Shown in pieces: positions 25,526 to 34,781 of a stretch of 34,781 nucleotides of DNA. Source of the DNA: a virus (lineage: Duplodnaviria > Caudoviricetes); IMG/VR virus record IMGVR_UViG_3300036546_000175, positions 1-34,781 of that record. The stretch is one strand, 5' to 3'. The position numbers and the translations under genes are program-made. Position 1 is the first letter of the stretch. Each line of letters starts with the position of its first letter. The notes under the pieces are model-generated. The model was not told where the DNA came from and did no database searches. It saw only the letters and a list, made by a program, of their open reading frames with translations.

Positions 25526-27370
25526 ACGCTGATAGAGCTGACAGGAAAGTCTATGGGTGGGAAGGTTGAGATGTTCGACCACCTTTAGTACGAGTTCTTC
25601 ACCTGAAGGTTCCTCACCTGTTACACAGACAACAACGCTAGAACCTTCGCGGTAGATCCCCTCCCGACCACTTTTAGTATCGAGACTTAAATCGTCGATC
25701 CCAGCCTCTTCAAAAACTTCTTCGATCGTCATAGGCTCTGTGTACCACTGACTTAACGTGTGGCAATTGTGGTTGACAATATTATTGACCGTGTATGTGT
25801 GTTCCTCCTCCACAGCAATATTGTAAACGAAATTATTCTCTGTTGTAAGATTTTTTATTTTGGCTACCTTAACCCAGAGATAATCGTTATCGAAGAATAC
25901 GTTTCCGTTTTTATTGGAATCGGGGTTCCAAGAACAACGCAGTGAGTACGTATCGTTCTGGTTGACGGTGCGACCTTCTATCACCGTTGTTTTTGGTCGA
26001 TGTTGTAAACCGACTCCGCACGGAATCTCTAGTTCAGCCATTAATCTCTGAAGACCGTAGGCTATGTGTGGTGAGGTCGTCGTTACCAAGAAATTGTTTT
26101 CATTTATTCGATAACCATCAGCGTCTAAGAAACCTTCGATGAAAGCTTTTTTGGCATCAAGTGTCGAATTCAGCACCCATGTCGGAATAACTTTATTGGG
26201 AGCTTTGTGCCCGAATGTCCTAAACAACTCTATCCATTTCTTGGAGTGAGTTTCGTATGTGGAAACGGTCTCACTATTTCCGGGTTTCCTTGAAATCTTT
26301 ATAGTCTTCCTAAGTTTAGGGAGAATATAATCAAGCTTATCATGAGGAATAGCTATCGAAATTCGATGGTCGGATTGAGAAGACCATCCGTTACCCATAT
26401 AGTAACCGAATGTGTAATAATCATCCAAGGTACACTCGACAGTGTCTTCTCTTGTTTGTCCTGACCACCCTAACTCTCTGACCCAAGTGTGGGTATGGTT
26501 TTTGTGCGACTTGGTCCTATTGATAGCAACATAGTCACCTTTTTCCAACTTACCTGCATCGACCCAACCCTTATCTTTAACAAGGAACGGATGGTTAGGG
26601 GTTGTCGTTATTGGGACCGACATATAAGCTGTCTTGAACAAAACAAGTTCTCCGCTATAGGGAGTTGTAAACTTCTGCAAGACTTTTCTAACAACACCCG
26701 TACCGGAATAGACCTCATCCCCCACTTCTAGGTCTTCTATGTTTCTATACCCTGTCGGGGTATTTACTTTATTGCCTTTTAGAAAACATGGCGGGAGTCG
26801 CATCTCATCCAGTTCAGCAACGTTCCAAGCCGATAGGATAATTCGACGTGAGTCCGGCGTTTCCCGCAACATCCGAACAATTAGTGCTAACTGATCGATC
26901 TCACGTTTAATGACAACTTCGTCACTACCCAAGTTACCCTTAAACTCAAACCCGCGCTCTTTAAACGCGTGCTCGTTTTTACGCCAATCGACCAGAGGGA
27001 TGATGCGTGTGTCTTCCCAACGGCGCCATTGTTTACCGTAACCTGGACCGATGTCACCTGAAACCAGTTCACCTTGGTCATCGTACTTGGCAGTTTTGGG
27101 GTTGACCCAGCTGTCCCAAATACTGACGTTGTTCTCTTTCAGGTATTTGATGTCGGTATTGCCGTCAATGAACCAAAGGGTTTCATGAACAAAACTACGG
27201 GTGAAAATCTTTTTAGTGGTAAGGAGTGGTACCTTACCTTCTGAAAGATCATACCGAAGCTGTCGACCAAAGACAGAACGGGTTCCCGTGCCCGTCCGGT
27301 CAGTTTTGTCAACACCGTTCAACTCGATGTCTCGCATCAAACCCAAATAAATTTCGTCTACATTTTTCAT
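25526..27370 (-). CDS. thyA: thymidylate synthase exon 1, intein-containing
   Basis: [47 protein letters not shown]|CH and LSCQLYQR. Confidence 0.95.
25766..26788 (-). mobile_element. intein (341 aa) with LAGLIDADG homing endonuclease in thyA
   Basis: Starts CFLKGNKV; block B TTPNHPF; FGYYMGNG and IEGFLDADG; ends VYNIAV...IVNHN before +1 Cys. Removal restores LPPCH. Confidence 0.94.
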
Positions 27371-27382
27371 AGTTTATCCTCC

Positions 27383-28072
27383 TTATCGAGTAACGTTAAA
27401 TTGGGCGTCCCATTCAATGAAACGTTGCATAATTTCAGCGTGAACATCTTCCACGCTAACCGACCCATCAATCACGATAAACCGTGAAGGCTCAAGGTTC
27501 GCCAAATGAAGAAAGGTTAGTCGCGCCATTTCCATAAAGGAATCGTGACTTTTCTCAAGACGGTCCAATTGACCCCGCTTAATAGCACGTTCCTTGGAAA
27601 CGTTATCTGGAATATTAATCAAAAACGTAAGGTCGGGTTTAAAACCGCCCAAACACCACTCGTTCAATTCCAGCATTTCCGGGATGGTTGAAGCCCCACG
27701 TGCAGTCTGATAAGTAACTGTGGAATCGAAGTACCTGTCCGTGACGACGTTCGCACCTTTATCGAGGGTGGGTTTTACTACATTATCTGTATGAAAAAGT
27801 CGAGAGGCGTAATAGAGGAGCGCCTCTGCTTTACTGGGAAACAGATTCTCCTTGCAATCCCTCAGGATGATTTCACGAATGTCTTCAGCCGTAGGCGTTC
27901 CGCCTGGTTCACGTGTCCAAATGGTCTCTAGTCCATTAACGGATTTCAGCGCTTCAGCAAACAGTTTAGATTGGGTTGTCTTGCCTGAACCATCAATCCC
28001 TTCAAAACTGACAAACAGTGGTTTAGACTTCTCGTTAAGTCCCTTATCACACAAATCCAATTCAAAACCCAT
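27383..28072 (-). CDS. tmk: thymidylate (dTMP) kinase
   Basis: FEGIDGSGKTTQ, TREPGGT, DRY.DS..YQ, PDLT and DRLE. Confidence 0.95.
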   Translation of the reverse strand: MGFELDLCDKGLNEKSKPLFVSFEGIDGSGKTTQSKLFAEALKSVNGLETIWTREPGGTPTAEDIREIILRDCKENLFPSKAEALLYYASRLFHTDNVVKPTLDKGANVVTDRYFDSTVTYQTARGASTIPEMLELNEWCLGGFKPDLTFLINIPDNVSKERAIKRGQLDRLEKSHDSFMEMARLTFLHLANLEPSRFIVIDGSVSVEDVHAEIMQRFIEWDAQFNVTR

Positions 28073-28077
28073 CTTTT

Positions 28078-28299
28078 TTAATCCCCTTTAACTGCGAAAC
28101 CGAAAGTCCAACCCGGTATTAGTTTTTGAGCCCGCTCCATCATACATGTCGGACACAACAACCCACCACCGGCCGGTTTACCATCCGGTTTGATGACTTC
28201 CCATACGTCATCTGAGACAATCAGGTCTGCCGTGTAGTAATGGTCACATCGTTGACATTTACAGCCTGGACCTACATTATCCATTTTAAGTGTCCTCAA
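28078..28299 (-). CDS. small zinc-finger-like protein
   Basis: CQRC...V.D.VW...GLLCPTC pattern. Confidence 0.7.
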   Translation of the reverse strand: MRTLKMDNVGPGCKCQRCDHYYTADLIVSDDVWEVIKPDGKPAGGGLLCPTCMMERAQKLIPGWTFGFAVKGD

Positions 28300-28834
28300 T
28301 AAATTTTACGGCGCGTTCAAAGTCCGATTCAAGGTAAAGATTCAGGACCGGTATATTAAAGTGTCGAGCAATCGCCACCGCTGTGGCTGTTCCACCTTTA
28401 ACTTTGTACCCGTCCTTTACCGGTTTAGCGTAACAAATTACACGAGAGGAGGGACTTTCTAAGTCCCTTCCCAAAACTTGGTAAACGTTTCGAGCGTGTA
28501 AAGCCCTCACACTGTCTTTCAATCGTTCCCATACCGGGTGGAAGTGGGAGGCTATCTCTAAGGCTTCAGAGTGGTTTGTAAGACGACTTACGTCCACAGT
28601 GTACCATTGACCATCTATGTCGCCAAAACCCGACCATGGGATAAATATCTCGGTTGGGGTTGACTTAACACGGGTGGACTGTAAAGCACCCTCCAGGAAA
28701 GCGCGGTCAGCTCCCTCAGCGCCTCCTGATCGCAGACCGTATCCAAGGTCTGCTAATTTGTGCCCAATTTTAAACATCAGTGTTGTAATTTCGGCTGGTG
28801 TTTCCCGACTCCCTATACCAGCGTAAACTTTCAT
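28286..28834 (-). CDS. SLOG superfamily (DprA/Smf-like) protein
   Basis: YAGIGSRETP, LRSGGAEGAD, ARNVYQVLG, GGTATAV and IPVLNL. Confidence 0.85.
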   Translation of the reverse strand: MKVYAGIGSRETPAEITTLMFKIGHKLADLGYGLRSGGAEGADRAFLEGALQSTRVKSTPTEIFIPWSGFGDIDGQWYTVDVSRLTNHSEALEIASHFHPVWERLKDSVRALHARNVYQVLGRDLESPSSRVICYAKPVKDGYKVKGGTATAVAIARHFNIPVLNLYLESDFERAVKFIEDT

Positions 28835-28869
28835 ATTGTCCCACCTTTTTATTCATACGGACCACCCGT

Positions 28870-29967
28870 TTATAGAAAACCTATTCCACGTTTTCTACCC
28901 AGTGATGTAGTGGTGTTCATCGCCTCCGCCAAACTGTACTCGGCTAAGCCAGTTTCAATTTCCAGGCCGCGCCGAGAACAAAGCGAGTCCACTTCCTCTT
29001 TAGTAAGGAAACGGTATTCCAACAGCTTGTTGATACGACCGGGTCGCACTAAAGCCTCATCCACCCGGTTGAGATTAGGTAAGTTGGTGGATATGACGAA
29101 TTTAGTATTCGATGACACAACACCGTCCGTCAAATTGAGAAGGTTGGTCATGTGTTTGTTACCGTCTTCTCGGCGACCCACGAAGGCGTCGGCGTCTTCA
29201 ACAACGACTAATTTGGGCGATTTTTTTCGGATAGTGCTAACCAGGTTGGGATCTTCAAGGGCATAAGCGTCATCTATGATCATGATGTCTTCACCGCATG
29301 TCTTATCAAACTCCATTATGAGTGCTCGAATAAAGGTGGTTTTACCTGTACCTGGAGGGCCAATCAGCAAGTTAACGTTACGTGGGTCTTCGATGATGTC
29401 AGAGATGATATCATTGGGGTCTTTGTCAAAATAGGGATACATGTCGTATGCAACCTCTTTGACGGTTTCTTTAATGATGGCGTCATTAGTTATCTCAAGT
29501 TCATTATTCCTAATCCCCACGCGTTTAACCATTATGGATTTAGTGTCTATAGTGATGGTTTTCAGCCTTTCCACTATTTCATTTATCCGATTAAAATCCG
29601 CCAAGACCGTGATTAAAGCGTCGTGTTCCGTTGGACGTATCACAATGACCCCCACTATATCCCCGTCGAGTACACACAACAGATCATTCATAAAAGGTAC
29701 AGCGGAGTATCCCGTTTCATCACCTTCCTTAGTGAGTTTTTTGAGTATGTGGAAATTCAACGCATCGATTCCGTCCTCAATACCTACTTTAATTTGCTTA
29801 TTCGCCGTGGAAAAACCACCAAAAGAGAGTAAGGTCGTAGCCGTCCCCTGTACTAATTTGAGCCCATTCGGCACCACGCTCTGGTAATACATGTGGTTGA
29901 GGAGGTCGTGGTACTTCTTATCAATCTTTGTGTTATAGTACATTTTTTGATTCCTTTTTGGTGACAT
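28870..29967 (-). CDS. AAA+ ATPase
   Basis: Walker A GPPGTGKT, Walker B VVVEDAD, LLNLTDG, STN and DEALVRPGR arginine finger. Confidence 0.92.
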   Translation of the reverse strand: MSPKRNQKMYYNTKIDKKYHDLLNHMYYQSVVPNGLKLVQGTATTLLSFGGFSTANKQIKVGIEDGIDALNFHILKKLTKEGDETGYSAVPFMNDLLCVLDGDIVGVIVIRPTEHDALITVLADFNRINEIVERLKTITIDTKSIMVKRVGIRNNELEITNDAIIKETVKEVAYDMYPYFDKDPNDIISDIIEDPRNVNLLIGPPGTGKTTFIRALIMEFDKTCGEDIMIIDDAYALEDPNLVSTIRKKSPKLVVVEDADAFVGRREDGNKHMTNLLNLTDGVVSSNTKFVISTNLPNLNRVDEALVRPGRINKLLEYRFLTKEEVDSLCSRRGLEIETGLAEYSLAEAMNTTTSLGRKRGIGFL

Positions 29968-30025
29968 GAACTTTTTGTGAGTTTAAGTTTCCTGGTGCGG
30001 GATATTAAATAATCCAGGACGTTTT

Positions 30026-30541
30026 TTACGACAAACCGTTGGCCAGTTTAAACGCGGTTATTTTATACGGGTCATAGAACCCTTGGTTATCAAAAAGTGT
30101 TATAAACGACTCTTCTAACTCAGGTGTGATTTCCACTTTATCTGAAGGGATGGCTACATATCCCACCGACACAAAGTATTTGTTCTTTTCCGCTTCAATT
30201 GTTTCGGCAAGGAACTCGCTAAGACGTTTGTCGATTTCCTTACTATTACCGAACGTGGGCTCCAGTTCCACGATACTGTGTTGTTTGAGGTTATATTCCG
30301 GGTCGTAATAGAAAAGGGCTGCCCAGAACGTCCAGTTACGTTGATACCGTTTGATGGCATCGACTATGGCGAACTTGGCTTCCTCCACATTCGTTTGACG
30401 GGACTGATACAAGTAACGGTCCACGTGCGCCATACCGCCCACCAGAGGGTCTTTAATGATAGACCCTCCCGCTATATAGAAGTACTGCGAAAGTCTGTCA
30501 GCGGCCCGTTTAACCTGCTTGGCGTTCTTTACATTCAGCAT
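30026..30541 (-). CDS. hypothetical protein
   Basis: 171-aa ORF, TAATG-coupled to the upstream gene. Confidence 0.8.
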   Translation of the reverse strand: MLNVKNAKQVKRAADRLSQYFYIAGGSIIKDPLVGGMAHVDRYLYQSRQTNVEEAKFAIVDAIKRYQRNWTFWAALFYYDPEYNLKQHSIVELEPTFGNSKEIDKRLSEFLAETIEAEKNKYFVSVGYVAIPSDKVEITPELEESFITLFDNQGFYDPYKITAFKLANGLS

Positions 30542-31071
30542 TACAGTGCTACCCTGTATTGTGTGTTCTGGTATTTCGGTTTATACGGATTGTTGTGGGC
30601 TGTTCGGGCAATGTCAAACTCTTTAGGTTTACAACTGAAACCGTACTCCCTAAACAGAAAGACGGTGCACTGAAGGCGGTCCCGGTTGATGTCATTCATC
30701 AACTGGTGTGCCACACCCACCGCTGCTAGGTCTTCATTCTCGACGGCCCAAATTTGATCCTCATTCGTGCCAAAAGAGAATTGGACAGGAGTGACAGTGT
30801 CCTTGTACCGAACCATGCCCATGTACCCTTCCTCGACCAACGTTCTCATGATACCAGGCAATTGTTCACGCTCTTCCAACGCCTGATCGATATAACGATG
30901 TGGGATCTTGGTCTCCAACAAGAATTTTAAGAAACCGTTCCCGATGTGGGGGTCTACCCGTTTGATCAACTTATGAATCACCTTACGGAGCTTTTTATAA
31001 TCCAAGTGGTAATTCATCAAAAGGGTGATGAACATATCCGTTTCGCTCAAAAGAGCCTTTTCCGTTTGCAT
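30541..31071 (-). CDS. hypothetical protein
   Basis: 176-aa ORF, AAGGA RBS. Confidence 0.8.
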   Translation of the reverse strand: MQTEKALLSETDMFITLLMNYHLDYKKLRKVIHKLIKRVDPHIGNGFLKFLLETKIPHRYIDQALEEREQLPGIMRTLVEEGYMGMVRYKDTVTPVQFSFGTNEDQIWAVENEDLAAVGVAHQLMNDINRDRLQCTVFLFREYGFSCKPKEFDIARTAHNNPYKPKYQNTQYRVAL

Positions 31072-31086
31072 GTAAACTGATCCTTA

Positions 31087-31506
31087 TCAGTTGGTTACAT
31101 TTTCGTTTACGTCTATCTCTACAATGAACGTGTACCCTAACCAAAAACCCTTTTTCACCACGTCTTTGGTTGGGTCAAAATTACGCTCATCGTTCACCGC
31201 TATTCTTAACAGGGTATGTCTAACCATTGTAAACAGCGTTAGCACGGTGTCGTACAAACGTTCTGTCACTACAGGGTCGTTCAGTGCCTGGTCGTATTCG
31301 GCATACGGGATGAACATCTCTGTGATTTCTTGATCAATGATCTCCTCATCGTCAAGAGTCAGAAAAGATAAAAGTCGTTCTGACACCAATTCCCCAATGA
31401 CACATTTGTACTGGATGACGCTCTCATCCAACGCAATAGTAAAACTTTCTTTACCCCGTTGTATTCTAACACGGAAAATATTATCGCAGTCGATTGCTAC
31501 GTGCAT
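31087..31506 (-). CDS. hypothetical protein
   Basis: 139-aa ORF, TGATG-coupled. Confidence 0.8.
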   Translation of the reverse strand: MHVAIDCDNIFRVRIQRGKESFTIALDESVIQYKCVIGELVSERLLSFLTLDDEEIIDQEITEMFIPYAEYDQALNDPVVTERLYDTVLTLFTMVRHTLLRIAVNDERNFDPTKDVVKKGFWLGYTFIVEIDVNENVTN

Positions 31507-31919
31507 CAGGATAGTCCCTCACAAAGTTCAGTTAAGCTATTGGGGACAGGGGTGAGTTCAACCCACAGAATGGTATCAAACCCAACACGTTTTAGGAAAC
31601 ACACGCCCGTTACAATCTGTTGCGCATTGTTGAGTCCTTTAATTACATCCACCATACCACCGACCATGTTTGAAGCCACTAACTGGGCTTCATGTAAATA
31701 CATGGTATATTGAAGATTGGACAAATCGGTGTATTGAACATTTACATAGTCGTGGAAAAGATCGAATATCGTTTCGTCTAATGACGCCATCGACGTGTCA
31801 AACGCAATACTTTCAACATGTAAGTATTCAGCCACCCTATCCAGGAAAAGGTCTGCGATGGATAAAAGAAATGGAGAACTCGACTTTAAGTAATCTCGGG
31901 TTGAAAACACTACATTCAT
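31506..31919 (-). CDS. hypothetical protein
   Basis: 137-aa ORF, GGTGG RBS. Confidence 0.8.
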   Translation of the reverse strand: MNVVFSTRDYLKSSSPFLLSIADLFLDRVAEYLHVESIAFDTSMASLDETIFDLFHDYVNVQYTDLSNLQYTMYLHEAQLVASNMVGGMVDVIKGLNNAQQIVTGVCFLKRVGFDTILWVELTPVPNSLTELCEGLS

Positions 31920-31953
31920 GACCCACCAGCTTTTAATAAAAAATAAAAATGAT

Positions 31954-31984
31954 AAAAGGCACAGACTTTGTAGGTCTGTGCCTT
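31954..31984 (-). terminator. intrinsic terminator
   Basis: AAGGCACAGAC...GTCTGTGCCTT stem followed by T-rich sequence. Confidence 0.8.
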
Positions 31985-31994
31985 GTTGTGAGAC

Positions 31995-32249
31995 CTACGC
32001 CTCCTTATACCCTTCTGGCTCATAATGCTGCAGCGCCAACATCACGATAGTCAGAGGACTCTGAGCGTTTCGAATGGTTTTAATCAACCCGTTGGACGGG
32101 TCGATTTTACCACCTTCTATCAGACGTTCCAGTGTCTGAATAACGGCAGTGTCTGATTTATGAAACGTTGCTGACAGTGCCAACGTCAAAAACAAGTCCA
32201 GTTCTGAGTACATTGTTCTATTCCTTCTTGATTCTTTGGGGGGTGACAT
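31995..32249 (-). CDS. hypothetical protein
   Basis: 84-aa ORF; the true start may be the internal ATG (MYSELD) after AAGGA. Confidence 0.7.
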   Translation of the reverse strand: MSPPKESRRNRTMYSELDLFLTLALSATFHKSDTAVIQTLERLIEGGKIDPSNGLIKTIRNAQSPLTIVMLALQHYEPEGYKEA

Positions 32250-32282
32250 TTTTTATTATCAAATTATTGCGTAATCGGATAT

Positions 32283-32960
32283 TTATTTACGCAGGTACTG
32301 CGTTATCTGGAATGTAGTCCCATCCTCAGCAAAGTCGTCCATAACGCCCAGCTTCTCTTTTAATTCTACCGGGATACTCACGTTATCCCACCCCGCTTCT
32401 TCCCGCTCGGCTCCATGTATAAAGTGTTTCTTAAATACAATGGGCTTTTCGGGGGAAATGGTTAATCCGGTATCCCTCTGAATATAACTACCATACCGCA
32501 TTGAGGTGATTATGATATCGTACTCCTCTTTAGCCAGTTCCAGTTTGACAGTGCGGGTGAGATCACCATCCAATGGCGTCAGTAACAACACCTTGTCTTT
32601 CAACGGTGGATTCTTAACGGTACCGATTTTAGCCACCTGTAGGTAACCAACACTACCGGCACCCCTAAGGGTTGGGCGAATGACGTCCGTAAAGCGGCGC
32701 AATTCTTCCCACACTTGGAAGCCTTCCCCAGACATAAGCTCTCTGCGAGCTTCGATGATCTCACTGATAAGACTGTGTCCATAAAAACAAGCAACCGAAC
32801 CATTATTAAAGTTCCGGTACGGAATCAACCCGATCTTCAACAACTTTTGGAGTGTTTCACCAGAAACAGGGTAGGTTACTGAACGCTTGGATGTGCGCAG
32901 GACGCGTAATACATAAAGCTCTTCATTTTTGGGGCGCAGACCAACTTTTTTAATTGCCAC
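32283..32960 (-). CDS. hypothetical protein
   Basis: 225-aa ORF, GTG start with AAGGAG RBS, first gene after an early promoter. Confidence 0.8.
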   Translation of the reverse strand: MAIKKVGLRPKNEELYVLRVLRTSKRSVTYPVSGETLQKLLKIGLIPYRNFNNGSVACFYGHSLISEIIEARRELMSGEGFQVWEELRRFTDVIRPTLRGAGSVGYLQVAKIGTVKNPPLKDKVLLLTPLDGDLTRTVKLELAKEEYDIIITSMRYGSYIQRDTGLTISPEKPIVFKKHFIHGAEREEAGWDNVSIPVELKEKLGVMDDFAEDGTTFQITQYLRK

Positions 32961-33002
32961 CTTTTGTTCTCCTTAGAACGGTATTGGTTAATACTCCTTT
33001 AA

Positions 33003-33029
33003 ATAATATATATTTGAAATTTATTTAAA
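33003..33029 (-). promoter_or_regulatory. phiKZ-type early promoter
   Basis: Minus strand TTTAAATAAATTTCAAATATATATTAT. Confidence 0.7.
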
Positions 33030-33032
33030 AGG

Positions 33033-33064
33033 GCATAAAAAACGAAGGGGACTTTAGTCCCCTT
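33033..33064 (-). terminator. intrinsic terminator
   Basis: AAGGGGAC-TAAA-GTCCCCTT followed by CGTTTTTTATGC. Confidence 0.8.
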
Positions 33065-33068
33065 ATGA

Positions 33069-33584
33069 TTAAAAAGTTTCAGCCAGTTTATAAGCGGTAT
33101 CAGCTAATCTGAGCGCCACACCTATAGCGCCGGTCGGTCGAGCGCTAGCAATTAACTGAGTAAATTGATCATCCAATACTTTAACCGAATTATCAAACTC
33201 CACCAACGTCCCCCACTCAGCAACCGTGTACTCGTCTTTATGTGAGATTACTATACCTCGAACCTCCATGTAAGCAGACTTAACTTTCGTATATTCCAGT
33301 GCGACTTCGGGCAAATGTGTGATTAACTTGGTGGGTTCTTGTTCAATCGACTTCAGTTTACTTTTCGCTAAACGAACGGTGTCCATGGCTTCTATTAAAG
33401 TCTCCAATTCTTCGTCACTGAACGTGTCACGTTCCACGATGTTCACCAAGTCGCCGTTTTCGTAATAATACTTTACGTTAACGGCTGAGACTAGAACATC
33501 GGTGTTCTCTGAAATCGTGGTGTTGACACATGCACTGAGGGCACTGACCATAATCAGAGCTAAAAGATAATTCACAATTTTCAT
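33069..33584 (-). CDS. putative lipoprotein
   Basis: Signal peptide with lipobox LSAC (Cys19) and a helical body. Confidence 0.8.
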   Translation of the reverse strand: MKIVNYLLALIMVSALSACVNTTISENTDVLVSAVNVKYYYENGDLVNIVERDTFSDEELETLIEAMDTVRLAKSKLKSIEQEPTKLITHLPEVALEYTKVKSAYMEVRGIVISHKDEYTVAEWGTLVEFDNSVKVLDDQFTQLIASARPTGAIGVALRLADTAYKLAETF

Positions 33585-33614
33585 TTTTATTCACCTATCG
33601 TTTTATTTCGTTTG

Positions 33615-34124
33615 TTAACCCATTAAAACAGCGTACCAAGTAAACCCACCATCGTCACTCATAAGACGTATAAAGTATTCATTTCCACTTATAAAGGTGG
33701 GGGCAGGATTTAACCAAACCACAGAAGCAGGCCACGTCACAGTACCGCTGTCATACGAAACGCGTAGGACCTTTTCTGTAAAAACGGCTGAGGGTACATT
33801 CGTGAAACTGAATGTGGTGTTCTCGTCCACTAACGCAATGAAATAGTCAGACACTGAGCAGTTGATTACACCGTCAGTCAATATCTCTATGTTGCGTTTG
33901 GTTTGACCCGTTATAGTCGGGGACTCAAGTGTTTTGTTCGTTAAAGTGTCTATGCTGTCAGGACTTATCCCCATGACCACAACAGACCCGTCACCATGTT
34001 TACTGTACAGGGTTCTGTCAGCTGTATTTACAGCCAATTCGCCAATGTCTATCTGCTCAGGCGTTGGAACTTTCCCTTTAACTGTCGATCGCAGTAATTT
34101 TAATTTCCTTGACACGTCTACCAC
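33615..34124 (-). CDS. short fibre-like structural protein
   Basis: LRSTVKGKVP...GELAVNTADRTLY module, TLTNKTL motif and C-terminal TFSFTN.P...VTWPASV.W...DGG.TWY domain. Confidence 0.75.
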   Translation of the reverse strand: MVDVSRKLKLLRSTVKGKVPTPEQIDIGELAVNTADRTLYSKHGDGSVVVMGISPDSIDTLTNKTLESPTITGQTKRNIEILTDGVINCSVSDYFIALVDENTTFSFTNVPSAVFTEKVLRVSYDSGTVTWPASVVWLNPAPTFISGNEYFIRLMSDDGGFTWYAVLMG

Positions 34125-34196
34125 CCTTACGGATTTATATAAATCCGTCCACTTGTTAAAAGAGACATTTAACTACTTTAAACAATATAGAATAAA

Positions 34197-34223
34197 TGTG
34201 AGACGCCCAAAGGGCGCCTCACA
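34197..34223 (-). terminator. hairpin / probable terminator
   Basis: Minus strand TGTGAGGCGCCC-TTT-GGGCGTCTCACA followed by TTTATT. Confidence 0.75.
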
Positions 34224-34247
34224 CCGTACCTAAACTTTATATAAAGT

Positions 34248-34781
34248 TTAGAAGGTACCCATATCCAGAGTGTAAGAACCCTGTTCAACAAATTCGATGG
34301 TCCGCAGCGGAGTCATGAACTTGTCATTGGCTACAGCAGCGATGGCTTCGGCCTGAGTAGCAGTCGCGAAGTTATCCACGTTACCCAGACCAACATCAGC
34401 TTTAACCAGTACTACTGTACCAGTGTAGCCGTTAACTGTATCAACAGTGTTGACCTGTGCACCCGCTTCAACACCATCCAGCTTGACTTTGTCAGCTGCA
34501 GACATTGCGCCAGCAGCCAGGGTGGTGGCTTCAGTGATGCTGATGACTGGGTTAGCGGCATCAGTAGCATCAACAACGATTGCGCCAGTACCGGTTACAG
34601 AAGAAACACCGGTGTTCAGTGCGCCAATCTGAGCATCAACGTAAGTGATGTCAGCTTTCAGATCCAGTGCTGCCTGAGTAGCAGTGGAGATCGGCTTGTC
34701 GGCGTCAGCGGTGTTATCGACGTTTTCCAGACCCAGGTCTGCAGCAGTGATAACCACGTTACCAGTACGACCCTGTACAGT
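34248..34781 (-). CDS. tail fibre-like protein, partial (5' end beyond window)
   Basis: Frame open to window end; LGLENVDNTADADKPISTAT, GAMSAADKVKLDGVEAGAQVN, VGLGNVDN and terminal LDMGTF. Confidence 0.8.
   Translation of the reverse strand, partial: TVQGRTGNVVITAADLGLENVDNTADADKPISTATQAALDLKADITYVDAQIGALNTGVSSVTGTGAIVVDATDAANPVISITEATTLAAGAMSAADKVKLDGVEAGAQVNTVDTVNGYTGTVVLVKADVGLGNVDNFATATQAEAIAAVANDKFMTPLRTIEFVEQGSYTLDMGTF

Noticed and set aside
31087-31919. Tandem paralogy of the 139-aa and 137-aa genes
   Set aside because: Similar size and terminal strand pattern only; identity is not convincing by eye.
33069-33584. Lipoprotein as an o-spanin
   Set aside because: No adjacent or overlapping i-spanin, holin or endolysin, and it is not Pro-rich.
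1-34781. CRISPR array, tRNA/rRNA genes, stop-codon recoding
   Set aside because: No regularly spaced repeats or RNA genes seen. Conserved enzymes are intact in the standard code, and TAA, TAG and TGA all appear as stops.

Overview
This window is a fragment of a large lytic phage genome, most likely a phiKZ-like jumbo phage. Supporting evidence: repeated TATATTAC-type early promoters, a phiKZ-type virion-protein paralog, and dense, almost entirely minus-strand genes separated by intrinsic terminators. It encodes a nearly complete dNTP/dTTP supply module: two tandem dCTP deaminases, DHFR, NrdA/NrdB, thymidylate synthase and dTMP kinase. It also encodes four fibre-like structural proteins, a SleB-type wall hydrolase, SspB-, ATP-grasp-, DHH-, SLOG- and AAA-family proteins, and many hypotheticals. 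Three selfish elements are visible. nrdA has a Gln-terminated LAGLIDADG intein at its catalytic Cys. thyA has both a LAGLIDADG intein at its catalytic Cys and a 1153-nt group I intron encoding a GIY-YIG endonuclease. The most unusual signal is a cluster of C-type-lectin-fold genes (10.9-15.9 kb). Two of them have variable regions showing the codon-position-1/2 mutational signature of diversity-generating retroelements, although I found no RT or template repeat in the window. All family assignments come from motif recognition by eye, not database searches.
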